64,000 bases of DNA from Sphyrna mokarran (lineage: Eukaryota), in the NCBI GenBank assembly GCA_024679065.1, contig JAGIQG010000009.1:91202001-91266000 (forward strand), in the 5' to 3' direction. Positions 1 through 13,940 of the stretch are shown one piece after another (within the stretch, counting starts at the first letter, position 1; the number at the start of each line of letters is the position of its first letter). A program made the position numbers and the translations under genes. The notes under the pieces were generated by a model that saw only the letters and a program-made list of their open reading frames with translations, did no database searches and had not been told where the DNA came from.

Positions 1-1545
1 GGATGTGGGAGGAAACCAGAGCTCCCGGAGAAAACCCACGCAAGCACGGGGAGAATGCGCAAACTCCCACAGACACAAGCCAAAATCCACGTATCTGCAC
101 AGCACAGCGATAGTCACTGAGCTGTTGTGTTGCCCATCAAATGGTCCAGTCAAGCATACACTAACGACGTGAAGCACTAGGATACTCTCAAAAAAAAAAA
201 TCCAAGAGCAGCTCTCTCACGACCTATCACGTGTATGCTCCTTGTTGGACAACAAGGTGGACCAAAGCACCTGTAGGATAAAAACAAGTACATCAATATC
301 ATCATCTATTTACACACTTCACAGGGACTTCCAAGGCTCATGATCCCTATTTTAAATCAGTTTTCTATACCCCTCCATTCCCATTCTGTTCATGTGCCCA
401 TCTAAGTATTTCTTAAATAACTCAGAGTACCTGCCTCCACCACTTTACTTGGCAGCGCATTCCATACCCCCACCACCCTCTGTGTGAAAAAACTCCCTCT
501 AGCATCCAAGTTATACCTTACCCCCCTCACCCTAAGCCAGTGACCCCTCGTGCTATTCGAGTCCATCCTAGGAAAAAGCTTAACCCTGTTTACTCTATCT
601 ATACCCCTCATAATCTTGTACACCTCTATCAGATCTCTTCTAAGTCTACGTCTTTCTAAGGAAAACAGTCCCAATTTGCCTAACCTCTCCTTGTAACTCA
701 GACCTTCTATACCAGGCAGCATCCTGGTAAACCTCCTCTGCACTCTCTCCAGAGTCTCCACGTCCTTCCGGTAGTAAGGCGACCAGAACTGGACGCAGTA
801 TTCCAAATGAGGTCTAACCAAGGTTTTATACAACTGCAACATTAAAGGCCAGCTCTTGTACTCTATACCCCTTCCTATAAAGGCTAACATACTATATGCT
901 TTCTTCACAACCTTCTCCACTTGCTCTGCCACCTTCAGAGACTTGTTCACCTGCACCCCCAGCTCCCTCTGCGTTTCTATACTCTTAATAGGTCTACCCT
1001 TTAATATATACCTCCCCTCTACATTCTTTCTCCCGAAATGCATCACCTCACATTTATCAGGATTGAATTCCATCTGCCATCTGTCTGCCCAAGCTACCAG
1101 TCTATCTATGTCCTGCTGCATTGCCTGACAATGCTCCTCACTATCCGCAAGTCCAGCCATCTTTGTATCGTTTGCAAACTTGCTGATCACTCCACTTACT
1201 CCCTCTTCCAAGTCATTTATATATATTACAAATAGAAGAGGTCCCAGGACCGAGCCCTGCGGCACCCCACTAGTGACTGACCTTCAGCTAGAAAAACACC
1301 CTCCCACTATTACTCTCTGTCTCCTATTACCAAGCCAGTTACTTATCTATCTAGCTACCTGTCCTTGTATCCCATGAGCCTTGACCTTTTCAACTAACCT
1401 CCCATGAGGGACTTTGTCAAACACCTTACTAAAATCCATATAGACGACATCAACGGCTCGCCCTTTGTCCACCGTTTTCGTCACCTCCTCAAAAAATTCT
1501 ACAAGATTTGTAAGGCACGACTTCCTCTTAACAAATCCATGCTGC
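1..1545 (-). mobile_element. 5'-truncated CR1 LINE (RT C-terminal half) with composite SINE-containing 3' UTR (subfamily A); runs off the left edge
   Basis: ORFs 1347-1547 and 402-1265 contain CR1 RT motifs ([56 protein letters not shown]). Near-identical to 39328-40680 in the opposite orientation. Confidence 0.95.
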
Positions 1546-1829
1546 ATAAGTGCACATTAGTGCCCTCTCACATTTATGCATACTTCTAGCCATAGAGCCT
1601 AGCTGGGTGAAGTAGTACTTCATTAGTCTTATTCTGTCTTCATGTTGCTGGGTTATTACTGCCGCTTGCATTCCATCATTTTCATGACAAAAAAGTGAGA
1701 TCTAGCAAACCTAATGCTGAAGCCTTTACCATTTTAAATTTCTCCCATTCTATTTTCTCACTGCTAGTTTTGACTCCTTTGTTTCAATCTTGAGGGTTTA
1801 GCAAGCACTGCATAGTTTTCCACAAAGTA
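1545..1829 (-). mobile_element. Endogenous retrovirus pol fragment (RT thumb/connection domain), degraded
   Basis: Hand translation of the minus strand gives FVENYAVLAKP...KIEWE...ASALGL...FCHENDGMQAAVITQQHEDRIRL...YY.TQL..MARSMHKCERAL. It joins 2194+ in frame (NYCRYFVENY) once the CR1 at 1830-2193 and one AAAGTA copy are removed. Confidence 0.75.
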
Positions 1830-2193
1830 ATTTTACCTTATTGAAACATATAAGATGATTAGAGGTTTAGATAGGGTGGACTGTGATAGCCTTTTTCCTA
1901 GGATGGAGAAAGCTAGCACGAGGGGACATAGCTTTAAATTAAGGGGTGGTGGTTTTAGGACAGATGTCGGAGGTATGTTCTTTACCCAGAGGGTGGTAAA
2001 GGTATGGAATGCCTTGCCTGCGTCAGTTGTAGATGCGCCAAGTTTGGTGGCGTTTAAGAGGTTAGTAGGTAAGTTTATGGATGAAAGGGGAATGGTTTAG
2101 GTTAGAGGGTCACTGCTTGTTCCTAATTGGTAGGCGCAACATCGAAGGCCGAAGGGCCTGTTCTGTGCTGTAATGTTCTATGTTCTATATTCT
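1830..2193 (+). mobile_element. CR1 LINE 3' fragment inserted in ERV pol, 6-bp TSD AAAGTA
   Basis: ORF 1855-2100 (TRGHSFKL...FFTQRVVKVWNALP) and a (TGTTCTA)n tail. AAAGTA at 1824-1829 and 2194-2199. Confidence 0.92.
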
Positions 2194-2839
2194 AAAGTAC
2201 CTGCAATAGTTAAAAAGCCCCAATATTTCTCTTACTCCTTTTACAATAAGTGGTCTTTGCATGTTTGACATAACTTTCTTTTGATTCTTGGGATTTCTTT
2301 TTTGCCTTGAGATATAACATATCCTAGGTATGTTACTTGTTCCTGTCCCAAATGAGCTTTACTCGGATTTAGCTTAAAGCCTGCTTCCTGAGTTGCTTGA
2401 ATCACTCTGTGTACAGCTAAACATTGTGCACTGAACTGTCTGATGAAATTAAAATCTTGTCCACAGACTGAAAAATGGTGGTTCTTATGTATTCTATAGG
2501 TTCAATTATCTGTGCCATGTATTTGTGAAAAATTACTTGATTATTATGGAATCCCTGTGGCAAACAGGAACAACTGTACTGCTGATTTCCAACTGTGAAT
2601 GCAAACTTATACTGATGTTTTTCAACTATGGGAATTGACCAGAATCCATTAGCTATATCTAGTACTTTAAATATCCTCCGTTCTATTCCAATTGTGTTCA
2701 AAATACTTGTAGAATTCGCCAATATAGGGTATTCTCGAGTTGTGTAACAATTTAAAGTATTATTGAGCTAAAACTGCTATCTGACTTTTTGTTTTGGCCA
2801 GACAGGTGAATTAATCTCTGAAGTTTTTCATTACTACCT
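2194..2839 (-). mobile_element. Endogenous retrovirus reverse transcriptase core, degraded
   Basis: ORF 2417-2722 reads FKVLDIANGFWSIPI...QYKFAFT...QQY...LPQGFHN...QSVDKILIS (decayed YVDD). Flanking NSPVWP, VTYLGY and GLFNYCR motifs on the minus strand. Confidence 0.9.
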
Positions 2840-5800
2840 ATTGTTGCAGATTTAGGAAAACAATACTTTCAAGGAGATGAATGCATGGCTCAGGATTGGT
2901 ATGGGAGGAATTGGTTTGAACTTGAGATATTGGCACCAGTATTGGGGCAGATGGGACCTATTCAGATGGGATGGTCTTCGTCTGAATCGTGCTGAGACCA
3001 CAGTCCTGGTGAATCATATAACTAGGGCTGTAGATAGGGCTTTAAACTAATTAGTGGGGGGAAGGGGGAGGTTGCAGGGATGGGGGAAATTACAAAATCT
3101 GACGTAAAGGAGAGGGTATATGTGCAGGTTAATGTTGAGGATGTTCCACTAATTAAAGGAGTAGGGGACATGAAAGAGCTTAGTAGCATTTCTATAAATA
3201 AGGTCCAGATAAAGGCAGGTATAAAGACACTTTACCTGAATGCATGAAGCATTCAGAACAAAGTGAATGAGCTGACGGCACAAATCAGCCCAAATAGGTA
3301 TGATCTAGTGGCCATTACAGAAACATAGTTGCAGAGTGACAGGGATTGGGAACTGAATATCAAGGGATATCAGGCATTTAGGAAGAATAAACGGGAGGTA
3401 AAAGGAGGTGGGGTAGTTCTGTTAATAAAGGATAATATCAGGGCAGTAGTAAGAGAAGATATAGACTCCAAAGAGCAAAATGTGGAATCGTTGTGGGTAG
3501 AGATGAGAAATAGTAAGGGGAGAAAGATGCTGGTGGGTGTGGTCTATAGGTCCCCAAATAATAACTTTGAGGTGGGGCGGACTACAGACAAACAAATAAT
3601 TGATGCATGCTGAAACAGAAAGGCGATAATTATGGGGGATTTTAATCTGCATATTGATTGGATGACCCAAGTCAGATGCAGTGGGCTTGAGGAAGAGTTC
3701 TTGGAATGCTGTCGGGATAGTTTCCTTGAACAGTATGTAACAGAACCTATGAGGGAGCAATCTATCTTAGATCTGGTACTGTGTAACAAGGCAGGTAGAA
3801 TTAGGGATCGTTTTGTGAGGGATCTTCTTGGAATGAGAGATCATAGTATGGTTGAATTTCTGATGCAGATGGAGGATGAGAAAGTAGGGCCCTGAACCTG
3901 TGTCCTCTGTTTGAACAGAGGGGAGTATGATAGGATGAGGGTAGAATTGGCGAATGTAGGACAGCTGAGGAACAATGGAGGATTTTTAAGGAGATCTTTT
4001 TCAGTACTCAGCAGAAATATATTCCAATAGTAAAGAAGAACTGTAAGAGAAGAGATAACCAGCTGTGGTTAAAAAACAACAAAGAATGACTAAGAAGGTG
4101 ATAAAGAAAGGAAAGGTAGAGTATGAAGTTAAACTGGTTCTAAATATAAAAAATGATAGCAAAAGTTTTTACAAATATATAAAGAAGAGGAGACTGACTA
4201 GGGTGAATGTTGGGCCCTTGGAGTTCAAGAGGGGGGATTTAGCAGTGGATGACGAAGAAATGGCTGAGGCTTTAAATAAATTTTTTGTGTTGGTCTTCAC
4301 AGAGAGGACATAAATAGCTTATCGAATATTAAAGATAGAAGGATAGTAGGAGTTGAGGTCCTTATTGCAATTACTGTCACTAGAGAGGTAGTGCTTGGTA
4401 GACTAACAGGACTGAAGGTAGACAAGTCCCTGGAACTGGATGGAATGCATCCCAGGGTTCTGAAAGAAATGGCAGAGGTGATAGCGGATGCCTTAGTAAT
4501 TATTTATCAAAATTCACTGGACTCTGGGGAAGTGCTGGAAGATTAGAAAATGGCTAATGTTACACCACTGTTTAAAAAATGTAGCAGACAAAAGGCAGGG
4601 AATTATACGCTGGTTAGTTTAACGTCTATAGTTAGAAAAATGCTACAATCCATCATCAAAGAAGAAATAGCAAGACACCTAGAAAAGAATGATTTGATCA
4701 AGCAGACACAGCACTGATTCGTGAAGGGGAAGTCGTGTTTAATGAATTTATTGGATTTCTATGAGGATGTGACTACTGCAATAGACACAGGGGAACCGGT
4801 GGATGTGGTATTTTTAGATTTCCAGAAGGCATTTGATAAGGTGCCTCACAAAAGGTTACTGCAAAAGGTTAGGGTGTACGGAGTTGGGGTAAAGTGTTAG
4901 CGTGAATAGAGGATTGGTTGTCTAATAGGAAGCAGAGAGTTGGAATCAATGGGTGCTATTCTGGTTGGCAGTTGGTGACTAGTGGAGTGCAGCAGGGATC
5001 GGTGCTGGGGCCTCAACTGTTTACCATTTACTTAGACGATCTGGAGGAGGGGGCTGAGTGAAGGGTAATGAAATTTGCTGATGACATGAAGATGAGTGGA
5101 AAAGTAAATTATGTGGAAGGCGCAGAAAGTCTGCAGAGAGATCTGGATAGGCTGAATGAGTGGGCGAGAGTCTGGCAGATGGAGTATAATGTTAGCAAAT
5201 GTGAGGTTATCCACTTTGGTAGAAATAATAGTAAGAGGGATTATTATTTAAAGGGTGAAAAGCTGCAGCATCTACGATGCAGAGGGATCTGGGGGTCCTT
5301 GTGCACAAATCGCAAAAACCCAGTCTTCAGGTGCAGCAGGTAATCAAGAAGGTGAACGGACTGTTGGCCTTTATAGCGAGGGGGATAGAATATAAAAGCA
5401 AAGAAGTCTTGCTGCAACTGTACAGGGCACTAGTGAGGCTGCAACTGGAGTACTGTGTGCAGTTTTGGTCACTGCATTTGTGAAAGGATGTATTGGCCTT
5501 GGAAGGAGTGCAGAGAAGGTTCACTAGGCTGATACCAGAGATGAGGGGGTTAGCTTATGAGGACAGATTGAATAGACTGAGCCTGTACTCGTTGGAGTTG
5601 AGAAGGCTGAGGGTGGATCTTATAGAAAAATATAAGATAATGAAGGGGCTAGATAGTGTAGATGTAGAGAGATTCTTCCTGCTTAGAAAAGGTAGCAGAA
5701 CTAGAGGGCGCAGCCTCAAAATAAGGGAGGAGCGGGCAATTTAGATCAGAGTTGAGGAGGAACTTCTTCACTCAAAGGGTGGTGAGTTTCTGGAATTTCC

Positions 5801-8634
5801 CTGCCTGTTGAAGTGGTGAAGGTTACCTTGCTGAATATGTTTAAGTTATGGATGGATAGGTTTCTGATAGACAAGGAGAGAGAGAGAGAGAGCAACACAG
5901 CACGGGAAACAGGCCCTTCGGCCCAATGAGCCCGCGCCGCTGTCATAACTATATAGTAACAGTTCCATTATCCTATCCTAATTTTAGGTTATTCCTAATA
6001 TAGAAGAGTCTAAATGTAGGGACAATTTGTTTCCCAATCAGCCTAAGAACGAATTTTTGGGATGTGGGAGGAAACCGGAGCGCCCGGAGAAAACCCACGC
6101 AACCACGGGGAGAACGCGCAAACTCCCGCAGACACCGGCCCAATTCCAAGTGTCTGCACAGCTACAGCGATAGTCACTGAGCGGTCATGGTGCCCTTCAG
6201 ATGGTCCAGATAAAGCACTCATTTACGACATGAAGCACCAGGCAACCCATGAATCAACATCCAAGAGCTGTCCTCGCACCACCTGCCGAATGCATGCTCC
6301 TTGATGGTCAAGTATGGACTGAATTACCTGTGGAAAAAAAGCCATAGTTAAACAGTCCTACTATATCCCTCTATCTGCATAACGCTCATGTGGCTGTCCA
6401 AGAGACCCTTAAACACCCCTAGCGTGCCTGCTCCCACCACCTTACTCGGCAGTGCATTCCACACCCCCACTACCCTTTGTGTGAAAAACTGCCCTCTAAT
6501 ATTCGTCTTATACATAGCCCCCCTCACCCTAAGTCCATGACCCCTCGTCCTATCCATTTCTGAAGGTGGAAAAAGTTTACCACCATTTACTCTATCTATA
6601 CCCCTTATAATCTTATACACCTCTATTAGATCCCCTCTAAGCCGACGTCTTTCAAGGGAAAACAACCCCAGTCTATTTAATCGTTCCTAATAAGACAGTC
6701 CTTCCATACCAGGCAGCATCCTGGTAAACCTCCTCTGCACTCTCTCCAAGGACTCCACATCCTTCTGATAGTACGGCGACCAGAACTGGACGCAGTATTC
6801 CAAGTAAGGCCTAACCAACGTTCTATACAATTGCAACATCAAACTCCTACTCTTGTATTCTATACCCTTTTCTATGAAAGCTAACATACTATACGCCTTC
6901 TTTATCACCTTCTCCATCTGTGAGCACACCTTCAGAGACTTGTGAACCTGCACCCCCAAGTCTCTCTGTGTCTCTATGCTCCGTATAGTTTTACCTTTTA
7001 TCCTATAACTCTCTTCTACATTTTTCCGGCCAAAATGCATCACCTCGCATTTATCCGGATTAAATTCCATTTGCCATCTATCTGCCCAGTCTACCAACCT
7101 ACCTATGTCCTGTTGTATTGCCTGACACTGCTCCTCTGTACCCGCCAATCCAAGCATCTTGGTGTCATCAGCAAATTTGCTGATCTCACCACCTACCCCA
7201 ACTTCCAAGTCATTTATGTAGACCACAAATAGAAGAGGACCTAGTACTGAGCCTTGTGGCACTCCACTAGTGACAGGCTTCCAGTCGGAAAAAGAGCCCT
7301 CCACTACTACCCTCTGTCTCCTCCTCCCGAGCCAGTTCTCGACCCATCTACATACCCGACCCTGTATCCCATGCGCCTTCACCTTGTCTATCAGTCTACC
7401 ATGAGGAACCTTGTCAAACGCCTTACTGAAATCCATGTAGACGAAATCAACAGCATGTCCTTCATCAACTGTTTTTGCCACTTCTTCAAAAAATTCCACT
7501 AGATTTGTAAGACAAGACTTCCCCTTGACGAAGCCATGCTGTGTATCCCTGATCAGATCGCAGCACTCCAGATGCTCATACATCCTGTCCCTAAGGATCC
7601 TCTCCATTAGCTTACCTATAACTGAAGTCAAGCTCACCAGCCTATAGTTCCCTGGGTGATCCCTCTGACCTTTTTTAAACAATGGTACTACGTTTGCTAT
7701 CCTCCAGTCCTCTAGGACCTCACCTGTGTCCAAGGAAGAGACAAAGATTTGCGTCAGAGGCCCAGCCAAGTCTTCCCTCAACTCCCTTAGCAGCCTGGGT
7801 AAATGCCATCAGGCCCCGGAGCTTTATATGTCTTTAAGCTGCCTAACAGCCCCAACACCTCTTTCCTCGTAATCCTTATTTCCCTCAACCAATCTTCAAC
7901 TTTGTCCACATCAGGCACAGACATCTGTCCAGTCTCCTGCGTGAATACCGACGCAAAGTATTCATTCAGGATCTCCCCCATTCCCTCAGGCTCTAAGCAT
8001 AGATCCCCTCCACTGTCCCTAAGAGGTCCAATCTTGCCTCTAACCATCCTTTTGCTCCTCACATAGGTGTAAAATGCCTTTGGATTTTCCTTAATCCTAC
8101 CTGCCAGAGCCACCTCGTGGCCCCTTTTTGCCTTTCTAATACCCCTTTTAAGATCCCGTCTACACTCTCTATAAGCTTCCAGCGCTGTCTCAGTCCCCAG
8201 TTGCCTAGATCTAATGTAAGCCTCTCGCTTCTTCCTGATCAAGTCCTCAATATCCCTGGTAAGCCACGGTTCTCTAATCCTACCTTTCCCATCCTTCCTC
8301 CTTGCCGGCACGTATCTTTCCTGCAGAGAGTTTAGTTTTCCCTTGAACGACTCCCACATGTACCTCGTCGACCTGCCCTCGAAAAGCTTATCCCAGTCGG
8401 TATCTTTAAGATCTTGCCTAATCTGGCTGTATCTAGCCCTCCCCCAGTTAAACACCTTCCCTTTTGGGCCAGTCTCGTCCTTTTCCATTAATATCCTAAA
8501 GCAGACAGAGTTGTGATCACTATTAAATTAAAGGTTATGGGGATAAAGCGGGAAATTGGAACTGATCCACTGAATGGCGGGGCAGGTTCAAAGGACTAGA
8601 TGCCCTATTCCTACTCCTATATCATATGTTCATA
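2840..8634 (+). mobile_element. Long degraded CR1 LINE (ORF1 end, APE endonuclease, RT, 3' tail) inserted in the ERV with 7-bp TSD ACTACCT; interrupted at 5879-8522
   Basis: Endonuclease motifs (GGGVVLL, VGVVYRSP, MGDFN) and RT motifs ([16 protein letters not shown]). The tail resumes at ~8525. ACTACCT at 2833-2839 and 8635-8641. Confidence 0.92.
5879..8522 (-). mobile_element. Young CR1 LINE (subfamily B), nearly intact RT, composite SINE-containing 3' UTR, nested in the 3' end of another CR1
   Basis: ORFs 7787-8488, 6687-7781 (364 aa, KFADDTK) and 6348-6665, broken only by a frameshift and a stop. The host CR1 is continuous across it. Near-identical to 60673-61940. Confidence 0.95.
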
Positions 8635-10520
8635 ACTACCTCCGTTACTTCTAGTCTGAGATGATATCGCTTATATGGGGGATGATCTTCGCCAGAATCG
8701 TTATTGGAGGGACATCTAAATACCCACAATCTTGTTTGTGTTAGGCCCAAACCTGAGAGTATTGTGCTGCCAAATTTCCCCATGTTATTTCACTTTCCCA
8801 ATTTTGTTGGAGTGTTGCTATTCTAGAATTTTACAACCTTTCATCTGTCCCCATCAGTTTCACTTGTATGACATCTGTCATCTAAAATTACTTGATTTGG
8901 TGTTGATGATAACTCCCAATTGTTCTAACAACTATATTTCTAAAGTATTCTCTTCCTTTGTTGGACATATCCAAATCTGGACCTGCTCCTCTTTACCCTC
9001 AATCTCTAGTGTAATAGATTCACTTAATGCAGTCTTAATTCCTCCAGTTATTCCTTGCAATCGTATCATCTAATCAGTTATCGGCAAATTTAGATGTATT
9101 GTACATATTGATACCCTGATGTCTATCAACATGATGCAATTTTGTCCCCCTTACGCTGCTTTTACATACATTTGGGAATTTTTACCTTTAGTCTCAAGAG
9201 CTGTTAATTGTCATTTCAGACCCAACAATCTCTGCAATTCCTCTGCTGCCATCTGAATTACTATTTGATGATTGCTGTGGTCTTGCTTGATTTTGGGGTT
9301 AAGCTTCAGGATTTGCCATGCTGGGACCCTGTCCTTCTGTACCTCCTCCCTTTGCCTAACAGTTTTTTATATCATAACCTATTTTACCACAATTGTTGCA
9401 TTGCCTTTTAGGATTTTGTTTTCTGAGGGTTTACTTCGGCTGTTTTCAGCAATTTGTCCTTTCCTTCCACACAATTAACACATCCTATAAATTTTGAGTG
9501 ATGACTGACCAACTTGTATTGGAGTCATTTTGGGATTTTTCAGTTGATAAGATTCTGTTTGCATTGTCCAATTCACAAAGTCTCAAAAATTATTTCCTAT
9601 AGGGATACCCATATATCCAATTTCAGCCAAAGCCAACTTAACCCTTCTCTGAGCATACCCAAAAACAGCATCATCCTTAGTGGGGTTCTCAATCCATCCA
9701 TTGTCTTCATAAGCTCTGAATTTTTTTTCTGTGTAGTTTTCCATAGTTTTGCCAACATTTTGCTTTACTAAAGTTACCTTAAACCAATTAGCATGAATCT
9801 TAACTATGGCTTGTCCTATCGCCCATTTAAATTGCTGGTATCTTTTATCCTTAATTTCTTCTCTTGCCAATATCCAATCTCTTTTTTTCAAAGCCTTTGG
9901 TAACAATTCCCATGTTGGTCCAGCCAATTTGCCCTTTACTAAAGCTCTTATATCATCCAAAGTCAAATGGTGAATCTCTCTTAAATCATCCATACATTTC
10001 CAAAGAGCTGAATTTTAGTGATGTTGCTTTAACGGGCCTAATTTATCCATTAACATCTGTTTCTCCATCATTGATAGCAGCACTTCTTTGGTCAATATAG
10101 AAATTAGTCTTCCCTTTCTTAATCAGCTGATGCTATTTTAGTACAGAGTGGTGCGACCGGAATGAGTGGTTCTGTTTTACTACTGTTAGGGAGATCTGTA
10201 ACCCTTCTGGGATTGCAGAATATAATGAATTTGTTACCATCCTTCCTACAGGCTCATTTTCAGAATTTTCTGAAATTGCTTTTACAGAGACTGGCTGTAT
10301 GTTAGTTGCTTCCTCTTGAAAGTAATTTCTCATCATAGCCATAAGAATTACTGTCACCATTTCTGCTTTATTTTTACTCTGACTTTTCCACCACGACTTT
10401 TGCTCAGGTTTGGAAGAATCTGGATCATATCACTTCCCAACCATTTTCCTAATTAATTTGCTATTTTCTACAACCACGGTTTGAATTAAATATTAATCCT
10501 TTCCTCAAGTGCCGTTTTTA
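8635..10520 (-). mobile_element. Endogenous retrovirus gag-pro(-pol start), degraded
   Basis: Capsid-like ORF 9583-9993. Two decayed CCHC knuckles: C*LCGRKGQIAENS (~9440-9480) and CNNCGKIGYDIKNC (~9360-9402). Decayed protease site MLIDIRVSIC (~9105-9135, cf. LIDTGA). Collinear with the RT at 2194-2839. Confidence 0.8.
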
Positions 10521-10824
10521 CACGTCTGTACGAAGGCACTTTAGACTTGTATAATCTCTCTCTCTCTCTCTCAGGACGAGCTTTTGAGTTCTGTCTGTGG
10601 TTTTTTTATGTGACCCATTTTTCTCAATTCCAGACACCTCTGTAAGAATTTTCCTAAATTTTTAAGAGAGTATAACTGTTACTTTCTAACTTCTACAGTG
10701 AGGATTTCTACCAAATTTTTCTCCCCAGTAATTTGAACAATACTTCAGTCTCCAACCCCCAAAGGACAATTTTGAATGTCTAGGCTGACCATCACCCATC
10801 CCTCCAAGTGGTCTTAATCTGAAT

Positions 10825-13800
10825 CTAGGGAAAATGTTTGCTAAAGCAGTTGGAGAGGGTTTAAACTAATATGCCAAGAGAATGGGAACCTATACAGGGA
10901 GTCCGAGAACGAGAGAACAAGAACAAAATGTGAGGACAAGGTTCCAACTATATCAAAAATCAGGAAAAAAGTTAAAAGGAAGGAGAACTCAGGGATGTTA
11001 TAAATGGAAATGTTAGAATTCAAAAAGGTACAAAAACTAGCATAAGGCCACTCTATCTGAATGCTTATAGCATTCAAAACAAGGTAAATGAGTTAACAGT
11101 ACAAATCATTGCGAATGAGTATGATTTGGTGGCCATTACAGAGACATGTTTGCAGGATGGTCACGACTGGGAATTGAATATCAGGGGGTATCAAACTATT
11201 CGGAGGGATCAACAAGAAAGTAAGGGAGATGGTGTAGCTCTGATATTTAAGGGTCATATCAGTGAAAGATGATATAGGTTCTATGGCAAAAAAGGTTGAA
11301 TCCATTTGGGTGAAAATTAGAAATAGTAGGGAGGAAAATTCACTAATAGGCATAGTCCATAGGCCACCAAATAATGACATCATGGTAAGGCGAGAAATAA
11401 ACAAAGAAATACTGATGGATGTAAAAATGGTACAGCAATTATCATGGGGGATTTTAATCTACATAGCAATTTGTCAAACCAGGTCAGTCAAGGCAGCCTT
11501 GAGGAGGAGTTCATAGAATCTATCTGCGATACTATATAATGGAACCGATAATGGAGCAAGCTGTCCTAGATCTGGTCCTGTGTAATGAGACGAGAATAAT
11601 TAATGATCTTGCAGTTAGGCATCTTCTTGGAAGAAAAATTCAACCATACTGTGAATTTAAAATACAGATGAAGTGTGAGAAGGTAAAATCCAATACCATG
11701 TCTTGTGCATAAACAAAGGAGACTATAAAGGAATGAGGGAGGAGTGGTTAAGGTAGACTGGGAGCAAAAACATTATGGTGGGACAATTGAGGAATAGTGG
11801 AGGACTTTCAAAGCGACCTTTCACAGTACTCAGCAGAAGTATATACCAGTGTTTAGGAAGGACTGCAGAAAAAGAGATAATCAGCCATGAATATCTAAGG
11901 AAATAAAAGAGGGTATCAAACTGAAAAAAAACTGCATACGAAGTGGCAAAGATTAGTGGGAACCTAGAAGATTGGGAAATCTTTGAAGATCAGCATAAAG
12001 CCATGAAAAAAACTATAAAGAAAGCTAAGATGAATTATGAGAGTAAATTAGTTCAGAATATAAAAACAGCTAAAGTTTCTACAAATATAAAAACAAAAAA
12101 GTTGTGAAAATAAACATTTGTCCTTTAGAGGACGAGAAGGGGTATGTAATAACTGGAAATAAGAAAATGGCTGAGGCATTGAACAGGTATTTTGTGTTGG
12201 TTTTCTCAGTGGAAGACACAAATAACATGCCAAAAATTGATGACAGGAGGGCTATGGTAAGTGAGAACCTAAAAACTATCATTTAACACGAGATAATGTT
12301 GGGCAAGTTAATGGGGCTAAAGGTAGACAAGTCTCCCGGTCCTGATGGAATGCATCCCAGGGTACTGAAAGATGTATCAGGAGAAATAGCAAACATACTA
12401 GTGGTAATTTACCAAAATTCGCCGAACTCTGGGTTGATTCCTGAAGATTGGAAAACAGCAAATGTGATGCCACTGTTTAAAAAAGGAGACAGACAAAAGG
12501 CAGGTAACTATAGGCCAGTTAGCTTAACTGCTATAGAAGGGAAAATGCTTGAATCTATCATCAAGGAAGAAATAGTGAGATAAATGGATATAAATTGTTC
12601 CACTGCTAAGACTTAGGTTCATGAGGGGCAGTCATGTTTGACTAATTAATTAATTAATGCTTAGGTTCATGAGGGGCAGTCATATTTGACTAATTTGGTG
12701 GAAATCTTTGAGAACATTACATGCGCAGTGGACAATGGGGAACCTGTGGATGTGATGTATCTGGATTTCCAGAAGGCATTTGACAAGGTACCGCACCAAT
12801 GACTGCTACACATGATAAAGATGCACAGTGTTACGGGTAATGTATTAACATGGATAAAGGATTGGTTAACTGACAGAAAGCAAAGAGTAGGAGTAAATGG
12901 ATGTTTTTCTGATTGGTGATCAGTAACTAGTGGTGAGCCTCAGGGATCAGTGTTGGGACCACAATTGTTTATGATTTACATAGATGATTTGGAGTTGGGG
13001 ACCAAGTGTAATGTGTCAAAATTCACAGGTGGCACTAAGATGGGTGGAAAAGCAAAGTGTGCAGGAGGTGCTGAAATCTGCAAAGAGATATAGATAACCT
13101 AAGTGAGTGGGTGAGGTTCTGGCAGATAGAGCACAGTGTTGATAAATGTGAGGTCATCCATTTTGTTAGGAATAACAGCAAAATAGGCTATTATTTAAAT
13201 GGTAAAAATGCAGCATGCTACTGTGCAAAGGAACCTGGAAGTCCTTGTGCAGGAGTCTCAAGGAGTTGATTTGCAGATGTAGTCGGTAGTGCAAATTGAA
13301 GGCAAATGGAATTTTTCCCTTCATTGCTGGAGGGATGGAGTTTAAAAACAGCAAGATTATGTTGCAGCTGTATAAGGTGCTGGTGAGGCCACATCTGGAG
13401 TACTATGTTCAGTTTTGGTCTCCTTACTTGATAAAGGATATACTGATACTGGACGGTTTGCAAAGGAGATTCACTACGTTGATTCCAGAGTTGAGAAAGT
13501 TGGCTTATGAGGAGAGACTGAGTAGACAGGGGCTATACTCATTGGAGTTTAGAAGAATGAAGGGAGATCTTATAGAAAGATATAAGATTATGGAAGAAAT
13601 AGGTAAGATAGAAGGAGGGAAGTTGTTTCCACTGGCAGGTGAAATAGAACTAGAGGACATAGCCTCAAAATAAGGAAAAGCAGATTTAGGACTGATGAGG
13701 AAGAACTTCACACAAAGGGTTGTGAATCTGTGAAATTCCCTGCCCAGTGAAGCAGTTGAGATTGCCTCATTGAATGTTTTTAAGGCAAGAATGGATACAT

Positions 13801-13940
13801 TTTTGAACAATAAAGGAATTAAGGGTTATGATGTGTGAGCAGGTAAATGGAGCTGAGTCCACAAAAAGATCAGCCATGATCTTATTGAATGGTGGAACAG
13901 GCTCAAGGGGCCAGATGGCCTACTTGTTCTTATGTTCTTA
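10825..13940 (+). mobile_element. Degraded CR1 LINE (endonuclease, RT, tail) inserted in the ERV leader region
   Basis: ORF fragments ESIWVKIR..IGIVHRPP, KSPGPDGMHPRVLK, GNYRPVSLT and [15 protein letters not shown], plus a (TTCTTATG)n-like tail at ~13925-13940. Confidence 0.92.

Noticed and set aside
856-1377. Numerous 60-110 aa ORFs antisense to CR1 RT, and Pro/Gly-rich ORFs at 17369-18371 and 37741-39172
   Set aside because: These are shadow frames of LINE coding sequence or translations of low-complexity repeats.
6062-6304. Recurrent ORF MWEETGAPGENPRNHGENAQTP (also 60784-61137) as a conserved small protein
   Set aside because: It is the antisense reading of the SINE V domain and LINE UTR. 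The recurrence reflects repeat copies.
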